Virus record (IMG/VR): IMGVR_UViG_3300045988_149737
Source of the DNA: a virus
Taxonomy: Duplodnaviria > Heunggongvirae > Uroviricota > Caudoviricetes
Length of the DNA: 64,000 nucleotides
Reading direction: 5' to 3' (one strand)
Numbering within the stretch: the stretch's first letter is position 1; every line of letters starts with the position of its first letter. Below the pieces are notes generated by a model. That model saw only the letters and a list, made by a program, of their open reading frames with translations, was not told the origin of the DNA and did not search any database. Made by a program: the position numbers and the translations under genes. Shown here in pieces: positions 1-9,865 of this stretch.

Positions 1-2
1 TG

Positions 3-695
3 CAGTCGATAAAACTGATCAATGGGCATACTTCCAATGGTGCGGCTCCACGTATTCTGTGGGGCAGCAACAATATTGACGGAGTACAATTCGCCGCGTT
101 GCTTGGTCTAATATCCGAGACACCATTGATGCAAAGTTTGAAATCACTACCACCTGGATGTATTGCGCCGATCCTGATTAATCCTTTTGTTGAGGGGGGA
201 TATCTTCCCAACGTCGGGCCTGGGTTTATTGCATCCCATGAAACTGAAGATCTTAACATTAATAGCGAAGGGTTCTTTGGGGGAATGGGTGCGCATCACT
301 GTATGGCTTTCACGAACCTTATTCGACTTGCCAATAAGCGGGTGGATAGTTTGGCATCGCCAGGTGATGCTTTTACTGGTTTCCTTATCCAAAGGAGGGA
401 TAAAAAGTACAGTGCGGACAAACTACAGTTTGTTGGTAAGTATGGGGAAATGGTGGAAATCGAACTTCAGCTCCCTCATGTTTTAGCAAACGATAGTGCA
501 GACAGTCGGAGGCTGTTGGGCATCATGCGTCATTTCATAGCAAGTGGCGTTAAACATGCCGTAGATAAACGTGTCACGCAGGAAAATGAGTATTCAGACT
601 TTGCAAACTATCCCCAACCAACGTTGCAAACGGCAATAGTAACCAATTCGTTGGAGGCGAGATTATTGGAAAACCCTATATGGGGAACATGGTAA
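3..695 (+). CDS. hypothetical protein, 3' portion (frame open to window start)
   Basis: Reading frame is open from position 3 to stop at 695 (ORF track shows first Met at 99); next gene starts 9 nt later with an RBS. No recognisable motif. Confidence 0.4.
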   Translation, partial: QSIKLINGHTSNGAAPRILWGSNNIDGVQFAALLGLISETPLMQSLKSLPPGCIAPILINPFVEGGYLPNVGPGFIASHETEDLNINSEGFFGGMGAHHCMAFTNLIRLANKRVDSLASPGDAFTGFLIQRRDKKYSADKLQFVGKYGEMVEIELQLPHVLANDSADSRRLLGIMRHFIASGVKHAVDKRVTQENEYSDFANYPQPTLQTAIVTNSLEARLLENPIWGTW

Positions 696-704
696 GGAGA
701 CTAT

Positions 705-1274
705 ATGAGTAAAAAAATCAGCGTAGTTGGTGTTGATCCCTCAATGAGCAACTTTGGGCTTGCTGTGGGCACTTTAGACCTTGAAACGGACGAACTTGAG
801 ATTCACGGCCTTACTCTTGTTGAGACTAAAGCGGGGAGTAACAAAAAGACCGTTCGTGTGAACAGTGACGATCTGCGCCGTGCCAGTGAAATATGGCGTG
901 TTGCGAAGCCAATCATTGATAAGGCAAATATGGTTTTTTGTGAGCTACCGGTTGGGAGCCAAAACTCTCGTTCGCAGACGTCTTACGGTATTTGCATCGG
1001 TGTACTTGCGTGCGTAGATAAGCCATTGATCCAGGTTACTCCAAACGAAATTAAACATTTTATCGGCAATAAACTTACAACATCGAAAGAAGAGATTATC
1101 CAGTGGGCTACGAAAAAACACCCTAAAGCACCGTGGCTGCGTCGTAAGCAATCTGGACAGGATGTTCTCGTGAACAAAAACGAACATTTGGCTGATGCGG
1201 TGGCTGCCATCCATACCGGTATGCAAACAGATCAGTTTCGCCAGGTGCGCGATGTTCTCAAGTCTCTCATTTGA
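705..1274 (+). CDS. RuvC-like Holliday junction resolvase
   Basis: N-terminal GVDPSMSNFGLAV resembles RuvC GIDPGSRVTGYGV; acidic Glu in FCELPV; C-terminal HLADAVAAIHTG resembles RuvC DAADALAIAITH. RBS aaggag upstream. Confidence 0.65.
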   Translation: MSKKISVVGVDPSMSNFGLAVGTLDLETDELEIHGLTLVETKAGSNKKTVRVNSDDLRRASEIWRVAKPIIDKANMVFCELPVGSQNSRSQTSYGICIGVLACVDKPLIQVTPNEIKHFIGNKLTTSKEEIIQWATKKHPKAPWLRRKQSGQDVLVNKNEHLADAVAAIHTGMQTDQFRQVRDVLKSLI

Positions 1275-1308
1275 TCTCATTGATAGGTAAGTGCTTATCT
1301 ATTAATAT

Positions 1309-1339
1309 GGGCCACTAAATATAGTGGCCCTCTTTATTT
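1309..1339 (+). terminator. rho-independent terminator-like hairpin
   Basis: gggccact-aaatat-agtggccc stem-loop followed by tctttattt. Confidence 0.5.
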
Positions 1340-1347
1340 GGTGATAC

Positions 1348-3663
1348 ATGATAAGCATCGTAAAACGTAACGGCCAAACAGAGCCGTTATCCGAAGATAA
1401 ATACAACCGCGTCGTAATGTATGGCGTAGAAGACATTCGTGGCGTAAGCGCATCCGCTGTAGCAATGGGAGCTGCGGCCAGCATTTTTGATGGGATTACC
1501 ACCAGCCAGTTGCATGAGGCTTTGGTTAAATCTGCCGCTGATTTGATCTCACCAGAAGCACCAAATTACTCACAGGTGGCTGCCCGCCTGAACATTTTTA
1601 AAATTCGCAAAGATGCCTTCGGTCGTTACGACTATCCGAACTTCTACCAACACATTGTCAAGAACGTTAACAAGGGCGTTTATGACAAGGATTTGCTGAC
1701 ACATTATTCATTTGAAGAGATCGAAGAACTCGGCAATTACATTAAGCCTAAACGTGACGATCTTTTTGGCTATGCAGCTACGGTGCAATTGCAAAGCAAA
1801 TACCTCGTTCAAAACCGCGTTACTGGTGAGATTCATGAGGGGCCGCAACATATCTATATGCTGGTAGGCATGTGTCTGTTCCAGAATTGGGAAGACGACT
1901 GCGCTGGCAAAACACGTATGGAGATGGTCAAAGGTTTCTATGACGTTACAAGTACGTTCAAACTGTCTCTGCCCACACCAATCATGGCCGGCGTCCGTAC
2001 TCCAACCCGTCAGTTCTCCAGTTGTGTGCTGATTGAGTCTGGCGATAGTCTGAAAGGGATTAGTGCAGCTTCAGCCGCAATTATCGACTACGTTTCACGT
2101 CGTGCTGGAATTGGTATTGGTTTTGGCCGTATCCGTGCGCTGGGCAGCGAGATCCGCAATGGTGAAGCCACACATACCGGAGTTACTCCATTCCTGAAGC
2201 ATTTCCAGACGGCTGTTAAATCTTGTTCGCAAGGTGGTGTTCGTGGTGGCGCAGCAACAGCGTTTTACCCGATCTGGCATCTTGAAGTTGAAAGTCTGCT
2301 GGTGGTGAAAAATAACCGTGGTATTGATGAAAACCGCGTTCGCCATCTTGATTACGGCGTCATGAGTAACCGTCTGATGTACCGTCGACTCGTCAGAAGC
2401 GAGAACATCACTCTGTTCAGCCCGCATGATGTGCCTGATATGTACGAAGCCTTCTTCACAGACCAGGATCTGTTTGAAAAGCTGTACCATGAATACGAAG
2501 CCGATGATTCAATTCGCAAGAAGTCAGTACCTGCCATTGAGCTGTTCTCATCTCTGATGCAGGAACGAGCGTCCACGGGCCGAATTTATATTGCGAACGT
2601 CGATCATATTAACGAGCATGGCGCTTTCATTCCTGCTCTTGCACCTGTTCGCCAGTCAAACCTGTGCATGGAGATCACTCTACCCACTCGTCCACTGGCA
2701 TTTACCGACGACCCGAACGGTGAGATCGCGCTTTGCACTTTATCCGCTTTTAACCTCGGAGCCATCCGTTCACTGGAGTCTCTTAAAGAGGTGGCGTTCT
2801 ATGCCGTTGCTGCACTGGATTCGTTACTGGATTATCAAGACTATCCGATGGAGGCAGCCGAAGTGCCAGCCAAAGCTCGCCGTAGCCTGGGAATCGGTGT
2901 AACCAACTTTGCTTATTACCTGGCAAAGAATGGCGTTCGTTATTCTGATACCGCTGGCAATAAACTGGTGCATGAAACGTTCGAAGCTATCCAGTATTAC
3001 CTTCTTGATGCCAGCTGCCGACTTGCTGAAGCAAAAGGTGAGTGTGACTGGTTTGAGCAGACCAAGTACGCAATTGGTCAGTTGCCGATCGACCATTATC
3101 GTTCTTCATTAGACGAAAGTGGCGAAACCAACTTTGAGTTAAAGATGCCGTGGGAAGAACTGCGTGAACGTATTGCAAAATACGGTCTTCGCAACTCCAC
3201 ACTGACGGCACAAATGCCATGCGAGACTTCCAGCCAGATCACTAATTCCACCAACGGCATCGAGCCGCCTCGTGGCCCGGTGTCGGTGAAATCTTCTAAG
3301 GACGGCATCGTTAAGATGGTCGTGCCTGAGTTTGAAAAACTGAAGGAACAGTATGAATACCTGTGGGATATGCCGGACAACCGCGGCTATCTGACAAAGG
3401 TGGCGATCATCCAGAAGTTCTTTGACCAGGCTATTTCAGCCAATACCAACTATGACCCTTCTCGCTTTGAAGGCGATAAAGTCCCAATGATGACGCTACT
3501 GTCAGATTTGCTTCTCGCCTACAAGATGGGAGTTAAAACGCTTTACTACCACAACACCAGAGATGGTGCAGGAAAGCGTGATGACGACGAAGCGCAGAAT
3601 CCACTTACGCAAGCTGTAGCCGTCGAGCCAGAAGATGAGTGCGACGGAGCCTGCAAAATCTGA
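1348..3663 (+). CDS. nrdA: ribonucleoside-diphosphate reductase alpha subunit (class Ia)
   Basis: 771 aa; N-terminal ATP-cone-like VKRNGQTEPLSEDKYNRV; RNR large-subunit-like sequence throughout; immediately followed by nrdB. Confidence 0.95.
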   Translation: MISIVKRNGQTEPLSEDKYNRVVMYGVEDIRGVSASAVAMGAAASIFDGITTSQLHEALVKSAADLISPEAPNYSQVAARLNIFKIRKDAFGRYDYPNFYQHIVKNVNKGVYDKDLLTHYSFEEIEELGNYIKPKRDDLFGYAATVQLQSKYLVQNRVTGEIHEGPQHIYMLVGMCLFQNWEDDCAGKTRMEMVKGFYDVTSTFKLSLPTPIMAGVRTPTRQFSSCVLIESGDSLKGISAASAAIIDYVSRRAGIGIGFGRIRALGSEIRNGEATHTGVTPFLKHFQTAVKSCSQGGVRGGAATAFYPIWHLEVESLLVVKNNRGIDENRVRHLDYGVMSNRLMYRRLVRSENITLFSPHDVPDMYEAFFTDQDLFEKLYHEYEADDSIRKKSVPAIELFSSLMQERASTGRIYIANVDHINEHGAFIPALAPVRQSNLCMEITLPTRPLAFTDDPNGEIALCTLSAFNLGAIRSLESLKEVAFYAVAALDSLLDYQDYPMEAAEVPAKARRSLGIGVTNFAYYLAKNGVRYSDTAGNKLVHETFEAIQYYLLDASCRLAEAKGECDWFEQTKYAIGQLPIDHYRSSLDESGETNFELKMPWEELRERIAKYGLRNSTLTAQMPCETSSQITNSTNGIEPPRGPVSVKSSKDGIVKMVVPEFEKLKEQYEYLWDMPDNRGYLTKVAIIQKFFDQAISANTNYDPSRFEGDKVPMMTLLSDLLLAYKMGVKTLYYHNTRDGAGKRDDDEAQNPLTQAVAVEPEDECDGACKI

Positions 3664-3668
3664 CATAT

Positions 3669-3700
3669 GGTGGGGTATATCCCCACCTTATCTTTGATTT
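3669..3700 (+). terminator. terminator-like hairpin after nrdA
   Basis: ggtgggg-tatat-ccccacc followed by T-rich ttatctttgattt. Confidence 0.5.
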
Positions 3701-3763
3701 GTAAGCCTTGTTTAAACACATAAGATAACAACTTGTTTAAACACATCAAAAAAGGAAAAACAC

Positions 3764-4906
3764 ATGTCATATTCAACGTTCCGTTTGGGTGCTAATGATG
3801 CAACCAAAGAGCCTATGTTCCTCGGACAATCTGTCAACGTGGCACGTTACGATCAGCAAAAATACCGTGATTTTGAAAAGTTGATTGAACGTCAATTGTC
3901 TTTCTTCTGGCGGCCGGAAGAAGTTGATATTTCGAGCGATCGTATCGACTTCAACACGAAGCTGCGAGACCACGAACGTCACATTTTTCTGAGCAATCTC
4001 CGTTATCAAACGTTACTCGATTCAGTTCAGGGACGTAGCCCAAATGCAACGCTGCTGCCGCTTATCTCTATTCCTGAACTGGAAACGTGGGTTGAAACAT
4101 GGTCTTTCTCTGAGACTATCCATAGCCGCAGCTACACCCACATTATTCGTGGCATGGTGGACGATCCGAGCATTGTTTTTGACGGTATTGTTACGGATGA
4201 AGAAATCATCAACCGAGCGATCAGTATCTCTGCTGAATATGACAGGCTTTATGGGATGACCTGCGAGCGCCAGTCGTTAGGTGAGAAAGAGTTTGAACGT
4301 CTGTACGTAAATGAATATGGCTGGGAGCCATACCCTTTGCATCGTCAGCTTTTCCGCACGTTGGTGTCCATTAATGCGCTTGAGGCGATCCGTTTCTATG
4401 TAAGTTTTGCATGTACGTTTGCCTTTGGCGAACGGAAGTTGCTTGAGGGTAACACCAAAATTATGCGCTTTATTGCCCGTGATGAAGCTCTGCATTGCGA
4501 AGGAACTGAACGCATGATCCGCTTCATGCGTACCGGTCGCGAAGGTTTATTGTGGAAAGAGATTGCTGCTGATGAAGAAAACGTCATTTACGACACCATG
4601 AAATCAGTCGCCGAACAAGAAATGAACTGGGCAGACTATCTCTTCAAAGACGGTTCGATGATTGGTTTAAACGCGGATATTCTGAAGACCTATGTAAAAT
4701 ACCGAACCAATCTGGCTATGAATCGTCTTGGCCTGAAGGCTTTATTTCCAGAAGTTACCACAGATCCGCTGGTCTGGATGAACAAGTGGTTGTTAACCGA
4801 CACACTGCAAATTGCACCACAAGAGGCAGAGCAAAGCACATATCTGGTAGGTCAGATCGATTCTACCGTGGATAAGGCTTCTCTAAGCCAGTTTGCAGAC
4901 CTGTAA
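3764..4906 (+). CDS. nrdB: ribonucleoside-diphosphate reductase beta subunit (class Ia)
   Basis: 380 aa; [13 protein letters not shown] matches the iron-ligand region of class Ia small subunits; RBS aaaaggaaaaa upstream. Confidence 0.95.
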   Translation: MSYSTFRLGANDATKEPMFLGQSVNVARYDQQKYRDFEKLIERQLSFFWRPEEVDISSDRIDFNTKLRDHERHIFLSNLRYQTLLDSVQGRSPNATLLPLISIPELETWVETWSFSETIHSRSYTHIIRGMVDDPSIVFDGIVTDEEIINRAISISAEYDRLYGMTCERQSLGEKEFERLYVNEYGWEPYPLHRQLFRTLVSINALEAIRFYVSFACTFAFGERKLLEGNTKIMRFIARDEALHCEGTERMIRFMRTGREGLLWKEIAADEENVIYDTMKSVAEQEMNWADYLFKDGSMIGLNADILKTYVKYRTNLAMNRLGLKALFPEVTTDPLVWMNKWLLTDTLQIAPQEAEQSTYLVGQIDSTVDKASLSQFADL

Positions 4907-4983
4907 ACCGATACAAAGCATTATGTGGCCTGGCAACGCTGGGTCACAATGGATCACAAGAATTAAGAAGGAACAAAACTAGC

Positions 4984-5853
4984 ATGAACTTTACCAAACT
5001 GACTGACCACCTGAAACTTGCCACCGATCGACTCATTGGATTTAAGCCAGAACCATATGAGTTGCATGAAGGCCATGGTGTAGCCACTGAAAGTATTTAC
5101 AAGATGGTCGATCAGTTTCATGAACTCTTCCAGCATCCGAGACGCGTTATGCCGACACCAGAGCTGCTTCGTCTCCGTGCAAGCCTGATTCATGAAGAAG
5201 CTGTAGTGGAAGGGATTCCAGCCGCAATGAATGGGGATATTGAGCAACTGCTGGATGCAATGGCCGACTTTTTATACGTTGGTGTTGGTACGATGGTCTC
5301 CATCAAAGGTGGTATTTCTACCGGCATGACCTATTACACGCAGGAACAGAGCATTGATCGCTTTATGCAGACAATTTTTGTGCCCGGTAACACTGTTTTC
5401 GATGATATGGCAATGCCATTTCAGGAAGCTCGTGAGGCGTCATGTATGCTCGAAGAGCTGGCAGATAAACTTGAGAAGAAGGCTGTTAAGGATTCTGAGC
5501 TGATTCAGGAACTGCGCCGTGTAATGAACAAAATCTATGTGGCGTGCATGATGACTTATCGACTGGCTGATTTCCTCGGTATCAATGTCGTCGAGCTGGT
5601 TGGCGAAATTCATCGGTCTAACATGACAAAATTATGGCCTGCTGATGTTGAGGAACGTCGCCAGGCTGTGGCCAACTGCAAATACGACTCTTCAGATCTG
5701 GGATTCCGCCATGCTGATGGCACCGATAAGATGATCGGTTTTCGAATTTCCGATGGAAAGATTCTGAAGTCTCCAACCTATAGTGATGTCGATTTATCCT
5801 CCTTTGTTGAGCAAGCTAAAGCCTCAGCAATGTACGGAATGATCAAAAAATAA
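4984..5853 (+). CDS. hypothetical protein, possible MazG-like NTP pyrophosphohydrolase N-terminal domain
   Basis: 289 aa; segment LIHEEAVVEGIPAAMNGDIEQLLDAMADFLYV resembles the EExxE...D helical motif of MazG/HisE-type enzymes; sits in the nucleotide-metabolism cluster. Function not established. Confidence 0.5.
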   Translation: MNFTKLTDHLKLATDRLIGFKPEPYELHEGHGVATESIYKMVDQFHELFQHPRRVMPTPELLRLRASLIHEEAVVEGIPAAMNGDIEQLLDAMADFLYVGVGTMVSIKGGISTGMTYYTQEQSIDRFMQTIFVPGNTVFDDMAMPFQEAREASCMLEELADKLEKKAVKDSELIQELRRVMNKIYVACMMTYRLADFLGINVVELVGEIHRSNMTKLWPADVEERRQAVANCKYDSSDLGFRHADGTDKMIGFRISDGKILKSPTYSDVDLSSFVEQAKASAMYGMIKK

Positions 5854-5920
5854 TTGTAGGTAGTTATCTATCTATGTATATTTAACATGCGTAATAAAAC
5901 TCTGGAATGACTATTCGTTT

Positions 5921-5947
5921 TGGTGGCCTATGGCCACCATTTTTTTA
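5921..5947 (+). terminator. rho-independent terminator
   Basis: tggtggcc-tat-ggccacca hairpin followed by ttttttt. Confidence 0.55.
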
Positions 5948-6023
5948 TCTGTCTGGTCTTGTTCTCTCAATGAATGTAAACTCACATGATGAATAAGTAA
6001 TTACTTATCTTTGTGAGGTTTTT

Positions 6024-7127
6024 GTGTCACTACTTTTGAATCGAGAGCATACGAACGGTCAGGTAACAAACGCATCGTATGCAAAAGTTATTGAGACGGT
6101 GCTTAAAAGCGGCGTGCAGGCTGATGATCGCACAGGCACTGGTACTTTAAGCACCTGCTACGTTCCCTCTTATTACATGCTTACTGGTGGGACTGTGCCG
6201 CTTATTTCTGGAAAGGCGGTAAATCTTAAGCCACTGCTTGTCGAACTTGAGTGGTATCTGAAAGGCACGGGCAACATCCAATTTCTCAAGGATAACGGCG
6301 TTAAGATTTGGGATGCATGGGCCGATGAGAATGGCGATTTGGGGCCGGTTTACGGTAAGCAGTGGCGTCGATGGGAAGATACCCGCATCGTGAGCCATAG
6401 TGAATATCTGAGCAAGATCGCTACTTTCCGTGAACGCGGGTACAAAGTCGAGGGATACCTGGGTATCAGTGAAGATCGCGTAGTGCTGTCCCGTGAAATC
6501 GATCAGCTACAGCGTATTGTCGATACACTGCGCACGAACCCTACCGATCGTCGCATCATGCTTAACGCATGGAACGTAGGCGAGCTTGAGGATATGAAAC
6601 TGCCACCTTGCCACTTTGTCTTCTCTTTGTGGAGTCGTGAGCTGGATTTTGAAACCCGTTTAACGATGGCAACTGACATTGGTCTTCAACACAGTCGCCT
6701 CGGTTACGAGTCTATCTACACCAAGATGCTATACGATCTGGAGGTGGACGGCAGTGTTACTGAAGCTGAACTGGATGAACTTGGAATCCCCAAACGCATC
6801 CTCAACTCCTGCCTCGTACAGCGTAGCGTAGACACTTTTGTTGGTATGCCATTCAATATTGCTGGCTATGGCATTCTCACTCATTTTCTCGCGAAGATTA
6901 CGGGTCACATGGCCGGTGCATTTGTGCATTTTGGCTTTGACGTGCATTTGTACAACAACCACATGGAAGGTGTGTGTGAGCTAATGAAACGACAGGCTCC
7001 AGAGCATTCAGATCCGGTCGTTATTTTCCCTCATGAATGGTCAGAGTTGGATGATTTCAAATGGGACGAGGTTTTAATTCTTGGCTATGACCCTCTATCG
7101 TGGATCAAGGTTCCAGTGGCGGTGTGA
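6024..7127 (+). CDS. thyA: thymidylate synthase family protein (ThyA-like, 367 aa with two insertions)
   Basis: DRTGTGTLS, IWDAWADENGDLGPVYGKQWR, catalytic LPPCH and MPFNIAGY (uracil-specifying Asn) are present; GTG start with RBS gagg; about 100 residues longer than canonical ThyA. Confidence 0.85.
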   Translation: MSLLLNREHTNGQVTNASYAKVIETVLKSGVQADDRTGTGTLSTCYVPSYYMLTGGTVPLISGKAVNLKPLLVELEWYLKGTGNIQFLKDNGVKIWDAWADENGDLGPVYGKQWRRWEDTRIVSHSEYLSKIATFRERGYKVEGYLGISEDRVVLSREIDQLQRIVDTLRTNPTDRRIMLNAWNVGELEDMKLPPCHFVFSLWSRELDFETRLTMATDIGLQHSRLGYESIYTKMLYDLEVDGSVTEAELDELGIPKRILNSCLVQRSVDTFVGMPFNIAGYGILTHFLAKITGHMAGAFVHFGFDVHLYNNHMEGVCELMKRQAPEHSDPVVIFPHEWSELDDFKWDEVLILGYDPLSWIKVPVAV

Positions 7128-7128
7128 T

Positions 7129-7542
7129 ATGGCAAGAGGTATGTATGTCTTATGCGAAATTGAAGGTGTGCTGGCAAATGCCAGCCATCGTAAATCAGTA
7201 TCTGACGCGGATGCAGGCCAGCTCATTGCCGGTGATGAACTCATTTTCCCCACTAGCCGTATGTTGCGTGGTTTTGCTCGCTCAGGGGCTGAAGTGGTGC
7301 TTATCAGTAGCCGCTCTGAAACTCTTGAAGCGCCCACTAAACGATGGCTGAAAGATTTTGGCGTTGATTACGACTGGCTTTATCTCGTACCGAATGGCAC
7401 CAGTTATGAGAAGCATATTAAGCGCACATTAGCGGAGCATAAAGGCGATCTGCTTATCGCTGCGCTGGTGCACGATCCTCGACTCCGTGCCGCTTTAGCC
7501 GACTCTCACCATCGACCGGTCATCTATGAGGTGAGCAAATGA
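7129..7542 (+). CDS. hypothetical protein
   Basis: ATG overlaps thyA stop (tgatATGg); ORF track shows a longer version from 7081 overlapping thyA. No confident motif. Confidence 0.45.
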   Translation: MARGMYVLCEIEGVLANASHRKSVSDADAGQLIAGDELIFPTSRMLRGFARSGAEVVLISSRSETLEAPTKRWLKDFGVDYDWLYLVPNGTSYEKHIKRTLAEHKGDLLIAALVHDPRLRAALADSHHRPVIYEVSK

Positions 7543-8015
7543 AGATGATCGCTGCTGTTGGCCGTAACTATGAGATCGGCATAGCGAATGAACTCCCCTG
7601 GCGTTGTTCTACCGATCTGAAGCTATTTAAGAGACTCACCAAAAACGCCACTGTCGTTATGGGGCGTAAAACGATGGAAAGTCTCAAACGCCCTCTTCCA
7701 GAGCGTCATAACCTCGTTTTGACGCGCTCTCATGGCTTTGTACCAAATGGATTCTACCCTGCTGGTGTGGATGATGTGTTGCGATTACCAGAGCCTGTGT
7801 GGGTGATTGGCGGGGAACAAATTTACTCGCTATTCATGCCGCATGTTGAAGAGATTTGGCTCTCCCACATCGGCGTTGATGTACCAAACGCCGATGCATT
7901 CTTCCCGGCAAGCATGATGCGTAACTTAGGCTTTGTGCCTGTTGAAACAGCTTATACCCAACGAGCCAGCGAGGAAGAGCCTGGCTTTTCGCAGATCGTA
8001 TACAGAAGGTCGTAA
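7539..8015 (+). CDS. folA: dihydrofolate reductase
   Basis: 158 aa; collinear with bacterial FolA (IAAVGRNYEIG..LPW, MGRKTMESL..PLPER.NLVLTRS, WVIGGEQIY); start overlaps upstream stop. Confidence 0.9.
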   Translation: MKMIAAVGRNYEIGIANELPWRCSTDLKLFKRLTKNATVVMGRKTMESLKRPLPERHNLVLTRSHGFVPNGFYPAGVDDVLRLPEPVWVIGGEQIYSLFMPHVEEIWLSHIGVDVPNADAFFPASMMRNLGFVPVETAYTQRASEEEPGFSQIVYRRS

Positions 8016-8659
8016 TGGATTACCGGATTGGGATCACTGGTGCTCAGGGCAGTGGGAAAACAACCCTGGCTAAATATATCGACAAACATTACGGAATCCC
8101 TTACGTGGATGCTGGTGTCGGAAGTTTGATGAGCCGCCTCGGTGTTCGAGTAGGTGATTCTATGCCTCTATATGAGCGGCTTCAGATTCAAATGGAAATA
8201 GCAAAGCATATAGAGCTACTTACGCGTGGTGTTGAAGGCTTTGTTATCGATCGCACACCTGCTGATGTTATGGCCTACACGTTGGATTTGGTCGGCCATA
8301 CCAATGAAGATCGGTGTATTGAGTTAGCCCTCGATATCGAAAAGTTTTGCCACAAAACTGCTATTTCAAACTTTAACGCCATTGCTGGCTTACGCCCGGG
8401 AGTCGCTCTCTCAGAGCGAGATTACTTGCGATCACAACGAGCATCATTAGACCGTCTGTATGTCGCTCGTATTGATGCGTTGATGTGCGGGGAACTGACA
8501 AAAATTCACCTGCATCCGCAAAGGGGAGATCTGCAAACCTTCGTCGTTTCCAACCGATATCGCACAGTTGAAGCAAGAGCCAGATCAGTAATGAGAATGC
8601 TCGATAACGCGGTAGAAAAGATAGAAAACCTCTTCTGTGGCCGAGTGACCGTTCATTAG
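8015..8659 (+). CDS. P-loop NTPase, putative (deoxy)nucleotide kinase
   Basis: Walker A GITGAQGSGKTT near N-terminus; size and context (after DHFR/TS/RNR) fit a dNMP-kinase-like enzyme. Exact activity unknown. Confidence 0.55.
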   Translation: MDYRIGITGAQGSGKTTLAKYIDKHYGIPYVDAGVGSLMSRLGVRVGDSMPLYERLQIQMEIAKHIELLTRGVEGFVIDRTPADVMAYTLDLVGHTNEDRCIELALDIEKFCHKTAISNFNAIAGLRPGVALSERDYLRSQRASLDRLYVARIDALMCGELTKIHLHPQRGDLQTFVVSNRYRTVEARARSVMRMLDNAVEKIENLFCGRVTVH

Positions 8660-8720
8660 AAATTGTTCGCCTCTTCGACATTGCGACAATAAAACTCTCA
8701 AAATGGGTTAAGGATAAAAA

Positions 8721-9140
8721 ATGTTTAGTGAAATGTTGCTTGAAGATGAACTGGATCGGAAAACAACAGAGGCTTTGATTCGTGTAGCGGACGAACATTC
8801 CCGGTCGCTTATGAGCGATCGAGAGGCTCGTCTGGCTATTCGTGCCATATTCGAAACTGTGCAGGGGCTTGTTGGCGCACAAGTAGGTGAAGCCATTAAC
8901 ATCGCCATGTCTCAGTTCAGTGAAGACAGTAAAAAGCCTCTGTTTCCTATGCATTTGATGCTGGCTGGTGGCACGGTGCTTTATATCTCTGTTTGTCTGG
9001 ATAGCAACCAAATCAACATTCTCAACACGGCGTCAGGTAAGTGGAAAGATCCGGTTGTCTGTGAAACCAGTGAAGAAACTTTGAAAAAAGCGGCTCAATT
9101 TGTACGTAGCGCACTACTTAAGGGCGCTAAGAAGTTGTAA
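8721..9140 (+). CDS. hypothetical protein
   Basis: 139-aa ORF with RBS aaggataaaaa; no motif recognised. Confidence 0.45.
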   Translation: MFSEMLLEDELDRKTTEALIRVADEHSRSLMSDREARLAIRAIFETVQGLVGAQVGEAINIAMSQFSEDSKKPLFPMHLMLAGGTVLYISVCLDSNQINILNTASGKWKDPVVCETSEETLKKAAQFVRSALLKGAKKL

Positions 9141-9149
9141 GGAGTTCTG

Positions 9150-9707
9150 ATGACAACGATTGTTGCAGGCATCGATATCGAGTCTACGGGACTGGATTTC
9201 CTTGCTGGTCATAAAATTATTGAAATCGCAATTACCCGCTATGAACTGGAGACACAGAGACATATTGATAGTCTGGAGATGCGTTTTAACCCTCGCAGAA
9301 ACATAGATCCGAAAGCTCAAGCCGTTCATGGCATTTCATTGGAACAGCTCGCAGCTGAACCTTTGTTGTCAAATCATGCCAGCGAAATTGGCGCTTATAT
9401 GGGGGCATGTAGTGCGTGGATTGCTCATAACGGCGAAGCGTTTGATATACCATTTATTCGACACGAGTTTTCAGGGTATGGAGTAAGACTGCCAGACGTT
9501 CCTGTTATAGATACTATGTTATCGGGATTGTGGGCCACAGAAGACGGTAAACGTCCACGCCTTGAAGAGTTGGCCTTCTCTCTTGGCTTTATATACGATC
9601 ATGCCAAAGCACATAGTGCCTTATATGACACAAAATTAATGATGCAATGCTTCTTTAAGGCACGTAATAAGTACGGATTTTTTAAATTACCCTCTGAAAT
9701 TGTGTAA
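9150..9707 (+). CDS. DEDDh 3'-5' exonuclease (DnaQ/epsilon-like)
   Basis: Exo I GIDIESTGLD, Exo II HNGEAFDIPF, Exo III HSALYDT; RBS aaggag. Confidence 0.8.
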   Translation: MTTIVAGIDIESTGLDFLAGHKIIEIAITRYELETQRHIDSLEMRFNPRRNIDPKAQAVHGISLEQLAAEPLLSNHASEIGAYMGACSAWIAHNGEAFDIPFIRHEFSGYGVRLPDVPVIDTMLSGLWATEDGKRPRLEELAFSLGFIYDHAKAHSALYDTKLMMQCFFKARNKYGFFKLPSEIV

Positions 9708-9712
9708 AACAA

Positions 9713-9749
9713 AAGCCTACTTTAAAAAGTTTAAAGTAGGCTTTCTTTT
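9713..9749 (+). terminator. terminator (14-bp perfect stem)
   Basis: aagcctactttaaa-aag-tttaaagtaggctt followed by tctttt. Confidence 0.55.
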
Positions 9750-9865
9750 AAAGAACAGTCGCCTTTCAATCATTTCCTGCCTGTATTTAATACTTTTCCG
9801 CCTGATAGGTTTAGTCAAAATGTAGCCATCGAAACGCAAATGTAACCAAACAGAAGGAGACTTAC

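Noticed and set aside
6024-7127. Group I intron or intein in the thymidylate synthase gene
   Set aside because: Reading frame is continuous and the extra segments lack intein terminal residues; treated as protein insertions.
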